Source: Macrostomum lignano (taxonomy: Eukaryota). From it: a stretch of DNA of 64,000 nucleotides. The notes under the pieces are model-generated. The model was given only the letters and a program-made list of their open reading frames with translations, was not told the DNA's origin and searched no databases. The stretch lies in NCBI GenBank assembly GCA_002269645.1, contig NIVC01003811.1, forward strand, positions 1 to 64,000, read 5' to 3'. How positions within the stretch are numbered: position 1 is the stretch's first letter; every line of letters begins with the position of its first letter. Positions 48,095 to 62,026 of this stretch are shown here, in pieces. The translations under genes and the position numbers were made by a program.

Positions 48095-49764
48095 CCAAAT
48101 CTTCCAAAGCCAAGACTGCCAACAGGCGCCTGGTGGTGCCTGAGACCGCAGACGTCAGTCATCTGGTCCTTCAGTATCATGGCCAGTTGAACCATTGCGG
48201 TATCACCAAGACGATGGCCGCCCTGAAGGCGCGCTTCGTTATTTCCGACTTAGATACTATAGTCAAGGGGGTCCTGGCCGAATGCACCGTTTGCGCTAAG
48301 ACTAAGAAGTCAAAGCGTAAGCTCAAGGCCCCTATGCAACCAGAACTGTCCGGTTACCCGAACCAGGTTGTCCACGTGGACCACGCAGGCCCATTCGAAG
48401 AGTGTGAGGGGTACAAGTACCTGCTGGTTATGATTGACAGGTTCACCGGGTTTATCGAAGTAGTTCCTGTTTCCGACGTCAGCGCGGAGACCACTGCCAC
48501 AACCATCCTGACTGAATGGGTTGTCAGGTATGGGGTGATGGAGCAGTTGGTGTCTGATAACGGAACTGCCTTCATCAATAGTACCATGATAGAATTAACT
48601 AGGCTCCTACAGATTGACATGGGTCGGATCACAGCCCGTCGCCCTCAGGCTAACGGTAAAGCTGAGAGGATGATCCAGACGGTGAAAACCCAGATTAGAG
48701 CCATCTGTCTTGAGAGACAATGCGACTGGCCCCTTGCCAGCCGCCTGGCCGCCATGTCAATCCGTGCCACAGTCGCCGAATCCACCGGATTTACTCCAGC
48801 CAAACTTTTCTTCGGGCGTGAGTTCGAACTGCCGCTCGACCTCTGTCACAATCCACCGCCAAATGAGCACTACCAGCCGGAAAAGTACGCCCACCAGTTG
48901 CACCGCACGCTAGTCGAAGCCTCTGCCCTAGCCCGCCGCACTAGGGGTAAAGCCCAGGAAAGGCAGAAAAGGTATTACGACCGCCGCGCCCTCCGCGCTG
49001 AGTTCCACGAGGGAGAATTAGTCTGGGTCTTGAACCCGAATCACAAGGGCATAGAACCCGCTGTGTGGTTGGGGCCATACCGAGTAGTGCAGCGCTGCTC
49101 CGAGCGGACTTACCGTTTAGTCCCCGAGTGTGGTCTCCTAAACCCAGCAGATCGGGTGCCAAATCCGCGCCATAACATTTACAACATTGACCGTCTCAAA
49201 CCGTGTATTAGACAGCCCACTTACCAAGACGTAGTTGACCGGTATGGTGAGGCCACCCATGCCAGGTCTCCAGCGCCTAGTGTGAACCCGCCCAGCGGAC
49301 CCACGAGCGAGCTTAGCCTCGTCACCATTCCCCAGCCTCCCTCTGCCCGGCCAGAGAGCCCACGCAGAGCACCAGGGCCAAATCCACCACCGCCAGCTTC
49401 AGGCGCCTTTGAGGAGGGGGCGGGAGCTGCAGCTGGAGAAGGCCAACCATTCGCCGAAGCTGGCGATGCTGTAGCCATTGAGGGACAGCCACAGCCAGAC
49501 ACTGACACTGACAGCACAGACACTGACACCAGCCATAGCCAAGACAGCTCAGAATCGCTGTACACGGCTTCCTTGGGGGACCCTTCCTCCGAGCAATTAG
49601 AACCACCTGAGATTGCTGCGAATCCAGTCGCTGCGCAAGCAGCTGAGCCACCAGCCCCGGCTGACGTACCCAGATCCAGGTACGGACGCCCCATCCGCCC
49701 GCCTGTCAGGTACCGGACCTGTCAAGTGTCCGACCTGCTCCAGCAGTGGGGAAGCAGACACTAA
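48085..49764 (+). CDS. Integrase (separated from pol by a -1 frameshift at ~48082)
   Basis: H..HCG..CTVC zinc finger, VHVDHAGPF, VSDNG, GKAERMIQ, GPYRV. Confidence 0.93.
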   Translation: MYLAKSSKAKTANRRLVVPETADVSHLVLQYHGQLNHCGITKTMAALKARFVISDLDTIVKGVLAECTVCAKTKKSKRKLKAPMQPELSGYPNQVVHVDHAGPFEECEGYKYLLVMIDRFTGFIEVVPVSDVSAETTATTILTEWVVRYGVMEQLVSDNGTAFINSTMIELTRLLQIDMGRITARRPQANGKAERMIQTVKTQIRAICLERQCDWPLASRLAAMSIRATVAESTGFTPAKLFFGREFELPLDLCHNPPPNEHYQPEKYAHQLHRTLVEASALARRTRGKAQERQKRYYDRRALRAEFHEGELVWVLNPNHKGIEPAVWLGPYRVVQRCSERTYRLVPECGLLNPADRVPNPRHNIYNIDRLKPCIRQPTYQDVVDRYGEATHARSPAPSVNPPSGPTSELSLVTIPQPPSARPESPRRAPGPNPPPPASGAFEEGAGAAAGEGQPFAEAGDAVAIEGQPQPDTDTDSTDTDTSHSQDSSESLYTASLGDPSSEQLEPPEIAANPVAAQAAEPPAPADVPRSRYGRPIRPPVRYRTCQVSDLLQQWGSRH

Positions 49765-49780
49765 CCGCCAGTTTTTCACG

Positions 49781-49920
49781 CCCCGGGCAAGGCGTAAAAC
49801 TACCTCCTATGGCACCTGCCGGCCACAGGTCACTGCGGCGCCTGTAGACCGCAAGCTCAGTCCCCGGGCAAGGCGTAAAACTACCTCCTGTGGCACCTGC
49901 CGGCCACAGGTCCCTGCGGC
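49781..49920 (+). repeat. Direct duplication (81-bp period) just after the integrase stop
   Basis: CCCCGGGCAAGGCGTAAAACTACCTCCT.. at 49781 and 49862. Confidence 0.9.
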
Positions 49921-50589
49921 ATCTGCCAGCCACAGACTAGTAAACTAAAAAATTAATGCATAAATATGGCATAAAATAATGCATATATTGGTCGAAATAT
50001 GATTATGAGATGAATATTATAAGTATAATAGTTGTCAAAAATATATTGCAGTAGTTCTCCGCCTGCATCGTCATTGCCATAGTCTATAAGGTACACAAGG
50101 GCGCGTATGCCCCTGTAAGCCTAATATGACGACAATATGAATATTATTTAAATAGTAAGAGCAAGGATAGTATAAACATTATAGCAATGGCAAAAATAAT
50201 TAAAATAATTGATAGCTTAGAATAATCCTATTGCATCCGTTCGGTATTACCAAAGTCTATGAAATGAATAAGTGCGTCATCTCTGACGTCAGCACCCTAA
50301 AACCATGTAATGTGCAATAGACGGTTGGTAATTAAAGCATAACAACTGGCGACTAGTAAAACTCATAATAACTCAAAAAGAAAATAAAAACTGAAAAAAC
50401 AACCATTGAAAACTCGAAAAAAATGCATATATAGGAATATAGCTAGCTTAGTTCGCTGCTCAGCCCATTGACGAGTGCAGCATCGCTTTCGCTGTTGCGA
50501 AAATGAGCTGTAGCTCGTCACCAAATTTCGCAAATTTCATAATTTAGCTATTAGATAATATTTGTGGGGTAAAAGTAAGCACTACACAC

Positions 50590-51030
50590 ACACACCGCAC
50601 GCACGCTCTCTCTGCCTCTGGCGCGTAGCGCCATCCTCTGCCTTTGGCGCGTGGCGCCGTTCTCTGTCTGGCGCGTGGCGCCGTTTCCCGCCTTGGCGCG
50701 CTGCGCCGTTCTCCGCCTGGCGCGTTGCGCCGTCTTCTGCCTTGGGCGCTCCTGCGCCGTTCTTTGCCTTGGCGCGTTGCGCCGTTCTCCGCCTGGCGCG
50801 CCGCGCCGTTCTCCTGCCTTGGCGCGCTGCGCCGTCTCCCGCCTTGGCGCGCTGCGCCGTTCTCCGCCTGGCGCGCCGCGCCGTTCTCCTGCCTTGGCGC
50901 GCTGCGCCGTCTCCCGCCTTGGCGCGCTGCGCCGTCTCTGCCCTGGCGCGCTGCGCCGTGTCTCCGCCTTGGGCAATCCTGCGCCGGTTTTCTTCCGCCT
51001 TGGCGCGCCGCGCCGTGTCCCGCCGCCCCT
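50590..51030. repeat. GC/CpG-rich ~25-bp tandem repeat (GCCTTGGCGCGCTGCGCCGTTCTCC) in the Gypsy 3' region
   Basis: Directly visible. Confidence 0.9.
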
Positions 51031-51493
51031 GACGCTTGTCGTCGTTTGCCCGCAGTTGTCCGGACTGTGTCTCTGTTTCGTGCCCCTGCTCTGCATCCTT
51101 TGCCTTATCCATCTTGTCATCCTTGCTCTGTGTTTGCCTCATCCATCGTATCACTTCTGCGCGTCCTTTGTCGTTTTTATGTTCGCGCGCGCCGCGCGCT
51201 CCGCCGTGCACTACTTTCCGTAACCACTGTCATATTTTTGTTCTGTATTTGTAACACCACCATGTTGTATTGCTCGTGCTCACCGCGTTCTACTGCCCTG
51301 TAATGTTCTGCTCCCGTAATGGTCTGTAGCCTTGGGAACTTTGTAATTTTGTCCGGTAATCATATACTCCTACATACTACTCAAGCTCCCTGTAATTCGC
51401 TCTGCTATAATTTCATACGCTGCGGTCACGTTGTGTTTCTCTTGCCGTCACCCCGCGTGTTGGTTTTCTTTTTGCGCGACCCTATCCTTTTTC

Positions 51494-51507
51494 GGAAGGG
51501 AGGCGGG
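51494..51507 (+). other. Polypurine tract of the Gypsy element
   Basis: GGAAGGGAGGCGGG abutting the 3' LTR. Confidence 0.85.
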
Positions 51508-52336
51508 TGTGACGTTGTCAGTTTAAGGTGGTCCCGAAAAAGGCCGTTGGACTGCTGTTTCTCCATAGTTTCAACCCTTCAGTTCACCGTTTCAACTAAA
51601 CTTTTCCATTTGTTTATTGCGACGTTTACTTGTAGTAGTGCCCAACGATTTTGTGTCAATTTCTAATTCACTGTATATTTTGCTATCCTCTCTCGCGACC
51701 GTATAAAATTGGCACGATCGATAATTTTAAGTTCTCTCGCCAGCCGATGAAAATCACTCGTGCTTACGCTACCCCCCCCCTTTTGCGCTTCTTTATTAAC
51801 CCTCGCCTGGCGGGCTGGGGGGTTTCACTCGTCCCTGTTCTTGTGTTCTGTGTTCTCTCTCCTTAGGCTTGTCCTCCGTCCCGTCTGGCTTGCCTAGCCT
51901 TGTCTAGCCTTGTTTTCCTTCTCTCTGTCTGGCTGCCTCGAGCCTCCTTACCTCACGCCACGGTTGACGCCAACCTCGCCACTGCTCATCTGCCTGCCTA
52001 CTGCGTCTCACTGCCTTCACTGTGCTCATTGCCATTGCTCATCACGTTACATCGCCATTGCACCGTCGTCTGTCACCTGACTATCCAATTTATCTTCAAA
52101 GAAACCATTGTTGCAGCCGCCAGTGCCCAGAAAGCTATAGTTTGTTTATTGACATAAATTCTAACCAAGCCTAATATTGATACTACCAATAAAACCAACT
52201 ACGGCAGTCCCTGCCTTTATCGCCAAGTGCTCCGCTACAAATCCGCTTTACAAGAATTGACTTCAACTTATTTTGGGACTAAAACGGCCCTTTTAAGGGT
52301 CATCGCATAGCTAGCCGCTACGTCAATAACGTGACA
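51508..52336 (+). repeat. 3' LTR of Gypsy element (829 bp)
   Basis: Differs from the 5' LTR only by a +G and a +CT repeat-length indel, as far as I could see. Confidence 0.95.
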
Positions 52337-52588
52337 CTAGGATGATGAAACTTATTAACGCGCAACTATTAGCATATAAAATAAAGTAGAGTAACATGTT
52401 GTGCACGCTATATTAAAATAATGGTAGTCTTCATCCTGCAGAATGAAATGCTTTGGGTAATATATTTTGTTAATGATATATTCTCCAGTGTATTTTCACG
52501 GAAATCAGCCTCCAAAACAATTACAGGATCTCTGAATTTGACTGTTTTTATTTAATGTATTGATTGTATTCACAGATCAATGTATCGT

Positions 52589-52897
52589 GGGTTGCTTTCA
52601 CAAGCTCGAAATTTCACATCGAAACCAGTTATTTTCATAAACTCGAAATTTCACAACCTCGAAAACCATTTTACGTCGTAGCAACCACTTTCACAAACCC
52701 GAAACTTCATAAGCTCAAAGTTTCATATCCTCGAAAATTTTAGCAGGCGACTTCATAAGCTCGAAAGCTAGTGTAAAAAATACAAATACGGTACATTTTC
52801 GAGGTTGTGAAAGTTCGAGCTGGTGAAATTTTGAGCTTATGAAGTCACTTGCTAAAGTTTTCGAGGATGTGAAATTTCAAGCTTGTGAAGCGACCCC
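52589..52897. mobile_element. MITE-like element with imperfect TIRs and internal ~15-bp repeats (TCACAAGCTCGAAATT)
   Basis: GGGTTGCTTTCACAAGCTCGAAATTTCACATC versus GATGTGAAATTTCAAGCTTGTGAAGCGACCC. Confidence 0.7.
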
Positions 52898-52952
52898 TTT
52901 ATCTGTATCGAAGGTACGCATGTATGTATTAGCGTCCTGATATAATTCTGCT

Positions 52953-53133
52953 CTGGGGCGTAGCCAAATGGGGACACGAACACTTGCCACTTGGGACATG
53001 CCCCCCCCCTGGAAGGGGGATTTTTTCATTGCCTTTTGTTTTTAGCTTCCATCGGTAACATTGCAGTTGAATTCATGTCTCTGTCCTATCGGCTGCCCCC
53101 TGACGACTGACGTGAATCCTGGCTACGCGCCTG
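52953..53133. mobile_element. Short MITE-like element with 14-bp TIRs
   Basis: CTGGGGCGTAGCCA ... TGGCTACGCGCCTG. Confidence 0.5.
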
Positions 53134-56100
53134 ATCTGCTGGTCATCGAAATTTTTCTGAAAGATTTTCCCTCAAAGTTCCTTGCATATGGTACACTGCA
53201 TTGCATTCTGCATCAAAGGTTTGTAAATTATTTATAAATTTGCAAAGGTCTGAGTCTGCAAAAAGTAGTTATACTTTAATTATTTTCATTTGTTATCGTT
53301 GTTACAGTTCTGTTTTGCCTTTTTGCCCCCAATACCTACAGAAAGATGAATTTTACGGTTGCTATAACAACAAAAAATAAACAATAAAAGCAAAAATTGA
53401 ATTGCTAATTTTACGCCACGTTACAGCATGTATTATTTTATTCGAAAGGAATTAGGAAAATACAAAAATAAGAGCAATGAAAATGTTTTATTTTGTTAAA
53501 CTAAACGGGACGAGCTCTTTTTTCAATAGTCTGCCGTCGAAGCATTGGTCAGCTGCCATTGGATGAGGAGATGCGAACTCACTTGTCCTCTAAGTGCACG
53601 GAGTCTCTTTCCCCCACTTTCCGTAAACAACAGTAATGTGTGGCAGTCGGATTGCCACTTTGGTATAGGAATTATTTTCGTTCAATTTACTATTTTTGGA
53701 ATTTAATCATGTGCCCCAACACCCGGAATTTTTGCGTAATTTTGTCAACGGTTGATATTTCGTCATTTTTTTCACAGGTTGTCCTCTCGTTCCCAATTTT
53801 GTTCCTCCCATCTGTCCCACCTTTGAAGCAATGTTTCCCCACTCTTGTTGTTTTTCTTTCCGGTTTATTTTCTGCGTTACCGCCTTTGCCCAACCGTGTG
53901 CCCACCCTTTTGCCCAACCCGCTGCCCAGCTGCCAGTCCAACTTTCGCATCTGTTATTGTTTGTTTTTGCTATCTATTTATTTGCATGTTTTTCAAGCGC
54001 TACTGCAATTGGTTTTTCGAACGAACGAACGCACGCTCGCTCGCGCTCTCTCTCTCTCACACCTAGGGGGCGACCGGGACGGCCAAAGTCGGGCCCGGGT
54101 CGGGCCCGGGAATGAGGACTCGGGCCCGGGTCGGGCCTCGGGAATTCGGGACAAGATCTTTAGGACAGCTCAATAATTGGAAAAAAATCATAATAAATCT
54201 TAATACTTTTAGCATATGCGGATTACTATTAAATATATAATAAATATATCAATATATTAAATTTAATATAATATATTAAATGTATAATAAATATATGATA
54301 AACATTAAATATATTATAATATATAAATATATTAAATATATAATAATATATAGATATAATAAATATAATATACTATATTAAATATAATAAATATTTAAAT
54401 TTAAATATAATAAATATACAATAAATATTATTATTATTTAATACATTAGTTAAGACTTCAGAATAAGATAAGAGTTACATTAAAAGACTTAATACTCAAA
54501 TATCAATATACTCAATAGTTCAAATTCAATGTCACTGTGTGAGTGTGTGGCACAAGTACTGTGTGTGTGCCAGTGACAGTGATACTAACAAGCAGTGAGG
54601 TAGGCAAGCAGTCACTGCGGCAGTGCGGCTGGCACTGGCAGTGGCAGTAAGCAAAAGAAGAAAAGCTGAAGCATTAAGTGTAAGGCACTTGGCATTGGAA
54701 GCAGTAAGGAAGTAAGAACCAAATCAATTGATTGATTCTTTTATTTGAATTTTTAGTTCCTTTACATAGCTTCAATGTAAAGAGCCATGTAGCTCGTACA
54801 CAGTCAGTATTCAGTAAGACAACAAGACAAGATAACAGAACAGAACACAAGTGAAGTGACAACACAACACAACACTCAACTGTCTCAACAGAACAGGCAA
54901 ACAGACAATGGAAATACAAGTAATTAGCTGATACCTGCCTACCTGCTCACCTACCTACTTAAACGAATATGATTACGAATACGATACTACAAGTCTACGA
55001 CTACGACTACCTACGATACAAATATGAACACGATTACAAACTCTAATAGATAGCAAACTTCTTGGAAAAATGGTAGCCTTCTTGGAATGTAAATAGGAAA
55101 TGTTATTTACAAAAGCTTAAAAATGACAAATAAACTTTTTAAAGAATCATATTTTTGCTTTTAGGCTGCAGCCTGCAGCGTGTAAAGTGGAATCAATATT
55201 GCAAAAAAGTATTGCAAAACTATGTTTTAATTTTATCTTCCTGGAAAAAAATCCGATCTTCCTGGAAAGTGGAAACTGGCTGTGGCTGACGCTCACGGTC
55301 ACAGACGCTCACGCTAAGAGCCTACTACGAATCAATGATATTGCTACTTCACATCATATCATCTAAATATACTAAATCTATTACTATTACTGATGCGATG
55401 CTTAACTGAGTGTTGTGCTGTCCTGATCCTGAGTCATGAGTCCTGACCACTGACCTGACATGACGGATGACGATGAAATGATTATTGATTAGAGTACACT
55501 ACACTACACTGTATAATTCTAACGAAAGTGACAGTAATAATTACTCGATACTTATAGCACTAGCCTAGCAGTGATTTTAAAATTTAAATACTAGAAATAC
55601 TGAGTTTGTGAACTGTACTGGACTAGTGAAGTCTGTAACTTTGTAGTCTTTCAGTCAGCATTGCAAATGTAAAGCCACAGCCCACAGCATCAGCTCTGGT
55701 CCTAGACAGGCCTTAGATTTTCACTGGTTATGAACTAGATTGAAGGTGTGCCACCTTAGCAGGTCGAAGTGCATTAATTGCTCAATATTTCGAAATTATT
55801 TTTGATTTCTTTGAGTACAGTTTTGCAACACATAAAACCCTAAAAATGTTAAACTATTGTAAACTACTTAGATGCTACGTATTTTAGTTACATATGTCCT
55901 ATGTGACTAATTAATTATAATTTACCATTCATTAATTTTTTAATCACAAAGTTCTATTAAATAGACTCAAAAAATCAAACTGAGACACATGAATTAACAT
56001 CATATACTAAGGTCCAAGAAATAATACTCATAATAAATATCTTGGACATTTGGACTTACGAAAAATAATCTTGCAATTAACAACGAAATTAGTTAAAAAA

Positions 56101-56757
56101 AATTTTCGCCGCTCCGATTCTGTTCACTGTAATTTGAAATGAGATTTTCCTAGAAATTCAGCATTTCAAATGTACAGTTTAACGCCCACAGGTACGTGAA
56201 ACCACCGGATGCGACTTTGCAGTGAAATGCTTTGCCATTTGATACAAGTTACCCAACATTAGGTAGCCTGATCATTTAGCTAAATCCATAATTAGGCACA
56301 GCAGCTTTCAAAACTCCGAAAAAACGAATTAATCAATAAATATGTAAACTATTATATGAGAAAAATACTGCCGTGTCTAAAACAAAAAGCGTCGAGCATT
56401 TAACTAACCTCACACAGTGCAATGAGAATTAAAAACAAAGATATTTTTATGGAAACTTTACACCATTTTTTACACTGTAAATTTTTTTACACTGTGAAAG
56501 GTTAATCAATGCTACTCACACTTTTAGGGACTTTCACTGCACATTTTGTGGGCGGTGCTGCGCGCAATAATAGTTTCGCAAATTTGTATCAAAACCGCCA
56601 AACGGCAAACATGCGCGCAGTACCCACTCAATAGAGTGTTCGTTTTTGGAAAGAATATTTAAATTGTAACTCGAGCAGACATTAGCTTTTTAAGTGCTTT
56701 GCTTATGAGAATTCAGCAGCCACTGCAACGCAAATTACGCAATTTATCGTAAATAAT

Positions 56758-59700
56758 TGGATGGTTGTTGACTGGACGTATGGTTGTGACTGGATTGTTG
56801 CTGACTGGATGGTTGCTGACTGGATGGACGGTTGCTGACTGGATGGTTGCTGACTGGACGTATGGTTGTGACTGGATTGTTGCTGACTGGAATGGTTGCT
56901 GACTGGACGGATGGTTGCTGACTGGATGGTTGCTGACTGGACGTATGGTTGTGACTGGATTGTTGCTGACTGGATGGTTGCTAACTGGATGGACGGTTGC
57001 TCACTGGATGGCTGCTGACTCGATGGCTGCTGACTAGATGGCTGCTGACTGGATGGTTGCTGACTGGATGTATGGTTGTGACTGGATTGTTGCTGACTGG
57101 ATTGTTGCTGACTGGATGGACTGTTGTTGACTGGATGGTTGCTGACTGGATGGATGTTTGCTGACTGGATGGTTGCTGACTGGATGGTTGCTGACTGGAT
57201 GGTCGCTGACTGGATGGTTGTTGACTGGATGGGTGCTGACTGGATGGATGGTTGCTGACTGGATGGATGTTTGCTGACTGGATGGCTGCTGACAGGATGG
57301 CTGCTGACTGGATGGTTGCTGACTGGACGGTTGCTGACTCGATGGATGGTTGCTGACTAGATGGTTGCTGCCTGGATGGTTTCCGACTGGATGGATGTTT
57401 GCTGACTGGATGGTTGCTGACTGGACGGATGGTTGTGACTGGATTGTTGCTGACTGGATGGACGGTTGCTGACTGGATGGTTGCTGACTGGATGGTTGCT
57501 GACTGGATTGTTCCTGACTGGATTGTTGCTGACTGGACGGACGGTTGCTGACTGGATGGTTGCTGACTGGATGTATGGTTGTGACTGGATTGTTGCTGAC
57601 TGGATTGTTGCTGACTGGATGGACGGTTGCTGACTGGATGGTTGCTGACTGGATGTATGGTTGTGACTGGATTGTTGCTGACTGGATGGATGGTTGCTGA
57701 CTGGATGGACTGTTGTTGACTGGATGGTTGCTGACTGGATGGATGTTTGCTGACTGGATGGTTGCTGACTGGATGGTTGCTGACTGGATGGTTGCTGACT
57801 GGATGGTCGCTGACTGGATGGTTGTTGACTGGATGGTTGCTGACTGGATGGACGGTTGTTGACTGGATGGTTGCTGACTGGATGGATGATTGCTGACTGG
57901 ATGGTTGCTGACTGGACGGTTGCTGACTGGATGGATGGTTGCTGACTGGATGGTTGCTGACTGGATGGACGGTTGCTGACTGGATTGTTGCTGACTGGAT
58001 TGTTGCTGACTGGATGGACGGTTGCTGACTGGATGGTTGCTGACTGGATGTATGGTTGTGACTGGATTGTTGCTGACTGGATTGTTGCTGACTGGATTGT
58101 TGCTGACTGGATGATTGGTTGCTGACTTGATGGACTGTTGTTGACTGGATGGTTGCTGACTGGATGGATGTTTGCTGACTGGATGGTTGCTGACTGGATG
58201 GTTGCTGACTGGATGGTTGCTAACTGGATGGACGGTTGCTCACTGGATGGCTGCTGACTCGATGGCTGCTGACTAGATGGCTGCTGACTGGATGGTTGCT
58301 GACTGGATGTATGGTTGTGACTGGATTGTTGCTGACTGGATTGTTGCTGACTGGATGGACTGTTGTTGACTGGATGGTTGCTGACTGGATGGATGTTTGC
58401 TGACTGGATGGTTGCTGACTGGATGGTTGCTGACTGGATGGTCGCTGACTGGATGGTTGTTGACTGGATGGGTGCTGACTGGATGGATGGTTGCTGACTG
58501 GATGGATGTTTGCTGACTGGATGGCTGCTGACAGGATGGCTGCTGACTGGATGGTTGCTGACTGGACGGTTGCTGACTCGATGGATGGTTGCTGACTAGA
58601 TGGTTGCTGCCTGGATGGTTTCCGACTGGATGGATGTTTGCTGACTGGATGGTTGCTGACTGGACGGATGGTTGTGACTGGATTGTTGCTGACTGGATGG
58701 ACGGTTGCTGACTGGATGGTTGCTGACTGGATGGTTGCTGACTGGATTGTTCCTGACTGGATTGTTGCTGACTGGATGGACGGTTGCTGACTGGATGGTT
58801 GCTGACTGGATGTATGGTTGTGACTGGATTGTTGCTGACTGGATTGTTGCTGACTGGATGGACGGTTGCTGACTGGATGGTTGCTGACTGGATGTATGGT
58901 TGTGACTGGATTGTTGCTGACTGGATGGATGGTTGCTGACTGGATGGACTGTTGTTGACTGGATGGTTGCTGACTGGATGGATGTTTGCTGACTGGATGG
59001 TTGCTGACTGGATGGTTGCTGACTGGATGGTTGCTGACTGGATGGTCGCTGACTGGATGGTTGTTGACTGGATGGTTGCTGACTGGATGGACGGTTGTTG
59101 ACTGGATGGTTGCTGACTGGATGGATGATTGCTGACTGGATGGTTGCTGACTGGACGGTTGCTGACTGGATGGATGGTTGCTGACTGGATAGTTGCTGAC
59201 TGGATGGACGGTTGCTGACTGGATTGTTGCTGACTGGATTGTTGCTGACTGGATGGACGGTTGCTGACTGGATGGTTGCTGACTGGATGTATGGTTGTGA
59301 CTGGATTGTTGCTGACTGGATTGTTGCTGACTGGATTGTTGCTGACTGGATGATTGGTTGCTGACTTGATGGACTGTTGTTGACTGGATGGTTGCTGACT
59401 GGATGGATGTTTGCTGACTGGATGGTTGCTGACTGGATGGATGTTTGCTGACTGGATGGTTGCTGACTGGATGGTTGCTGACTGGATGGTCGCTGACTGG
59501 ATGGTTGTTGACTGGATGGGTGCTGACTGGATGGATGGTTGCTGACTGGATGAATGTTTGCTGACTGGATGGCTGCTGACAGGATGGCTGCTGACTGGAT
59601 GGTTGCTGACTGGACGGTTGCTGACTCGATGGATGGTTGCTGACTAGATGGTTGCTGCCTGGATGGTTTCCGACTGGATGGATGTTTGCTGACTGGATGG

Positions 59701-62013
59701 TTGCTGACTGGACGGATGGTTGTGACTGGATTGTTGCTGACTGGATGGACGGTTGCTGACTGGATGGTTGCTGACTGGATGGTTGCTGACTGGATTGTTC
59801 CTGACTGGATTGTTGCTGACTGGATGGACGGTTGCTGACTGGATGGTTGCTGACTGGATGTATGGTTGTGACTGGATTGTTGCTGACTGGATTGTTGCTG
59901 ACTGGATGGACGGTTGCTGACTGGATGGTTGCTGACTGGATGTATGGTTGTGACTGGATTGTTGCTGACTGGATGGATGGTTGCTGACTGGATGGACTGT
60001 TGTTGACTGGATGGTTGCTGACTGGATGGATGTTTGCTGACTGGATGGTTGCTGACTGGATGGTTGCTGACTGGATGGTTGCTGACTGGATGGTTGCTGA
60101 CTGGATGGTTGTTGACTGGATGGTTGCTGACTGGATGGACGGTTGTTGACTGGATGGTTGCTGACTGGATGGATGATTGCTGACTGGATGGTTGCTGACT
60201 GGACGGTTGCTGACTGGATGGATGGTTGCTGACTGGATAGTTGCTGACTGGATGGACGGTTGCTGACTGGATTGTTGCTGACTGGATTGTTGCTGACTGG
60301 ATGGACGGTTGCTGACTGGATGGTTGCTGACTGGATGTATGGTTGTGACTGGATTGTTGCTGACTGGATTGTTGCTGACTGGATTGTTGCTGACTGGATG
60401 ATTGGTTGCTGACTTGATGGACTGTTGTTGACTGGATGGTTGCTGACTGGATGGATGTTTGCTGACTGGATGGTTGCTGACTGGATGGTTGCTGACTGGA
60501 TGGTCGCTGACTGGATGGTTGTTGACTGGATGGGTGCTGACTGGATGGACGGTTGCTGACTGGATGGCTGCTGACTGGATGGCTGCTGACAGGATGGCTG
60601 CTGACTGGATGGTTGCTGACTGGACGGATGGTTGCTGACTGGATGGTTGCTGACTGGATGTATGGTTGTGACTGGATTGTTGCTGACTGGATGGATGGTT
60701 GCTGACTGGATGGACTGTTGTTGACTGGATGGTTGCTGACTGGATGGATGTTTGCTGACTGGATGGACTGTTGTTGACTGGATGGTTGCTGACTGGATGG
60801 TTGCTGACTGGATGGTCGCTGACTGGATGGTTGTTGACTGGATGGGTGCTGACTGGATGGACGGTTGCTGACTGGATGGCTGCTGACTGGATGGCTGCTG
60901 ACAGGATGGCTGCTGACTGGATGGTTGCTGACTGGACGGATGGTTGCTGACTGGATGGTTGCTGACTGGATGGTTGCTGACTGGATTGTTGCTGACTGGA
61001 TGGATGGTTGCTGGACGAATGGTTGCTGACTGGATGGTTGCTGACTGGATGGTTGCTGACTGGATGGTTGCTGAATGGATGGATGGTTGCTGACTGGATG
61101 GTTGCTGACTGGATGGTTGCTGACTGGACGTATGGTTGTGACTGGATGGTTGCCGACTGGATGGTCGCTGACTGGACGGATGATTGCTGACTGGACGGAT
61201 GGTTGCTGACTGGACGGATGGTTGCTGACTGGATGACTGCTGACTGGATGGTTGTGACTGGATGGTTGCTGACTGGATGATTGCTGACTGGATTGTTGCT
61301 GACTGGATGGACGGTTGCTGACTGGATGGCTGCTGACTGGACGGATGCTGACTGGATGGTTGCTGACTGGATGGTTGCTGACTGGATGGATGCTGACTGG
61401 ACGAATGGTTGCTGACTGGATGGATGTTTGCTGACTGGATGGTTGCTGACTGGATTGTTGCTGACTGGATGGATGGTTGCTGGACGAATGGTTGCTGACT
61501 GGATGGTTGCTGACTGGATGGTTGCTGACTGGATGGTTGCTGAATGGATGGATGGTTGCTGACTGGATGGTTGCTGACTGGATGGTTGCTGACTGGACGT
61601 ATGGTTGTGACTGGATGGTTGCCGACTGGATGGTCGCTGACTGGACGGATGATTGCTGACTGGACGGATGGTTGCTGACTGGACGGATGGTTGCTGACTG
61701 GATGACTGCTGACTGGATGGTTGTGACTGGATGGTTGCTGACTGGATGATTGCTGACTGGATTGTTGCTGACTGGATGGACGGTTGCTGACTGGATGGCT
61801 GCTGACTGGACGGATGCTGACTGGATGGTTGCTGACTGGATGGTTGCTGACTGGATGGATGCTGACTGGACGAATGGTTGCTGACTGGATGGATGTTTGC
61901 TGACTGGATGGTTGCTGACTGGATGGTTGCTGACTGGATTGTTGCTGACTGACGGCTGCTGACTGGACGGATGCTGACTGGATGGATAGTTGCTGACTAA
62001 ATAGTTGCCGACT
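56758..62013. repeat. 5.2-kb minisatellite, core 15-bp unit GGTTGCTGACTGGAT with 19-bp variants and higher-order blocks
   Basis: Directly visible. Confidence 0.97.
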
Positions 62014-62026
62014 TTAGAATAGCAAG

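Larger units (their letters stand above)
42432..52336 (+). mobile_element. Ty3/Gypsy LTR retrotransposon, full length, 9905 bp
   Basis: LTRs 42432-43257 and 51508-52336, CTAG TSD, PBS, PPT, domain order gag-PR-RT-RH-IN. Confidence 0.97.

Noticed and set aside
55735-55757. Helitron 3' terminus (CTAG plus hairpin AAGGTG-TGC-CACCTT) on the minus strand
   Set aside because: The hairpin is short and only ~4 nt from CTAG, unlike the canonical spacing; not supportable without other copies
61008-61659. WLLTG/MVADW repeat ORFs
   Set aside because: Minisatellite translations
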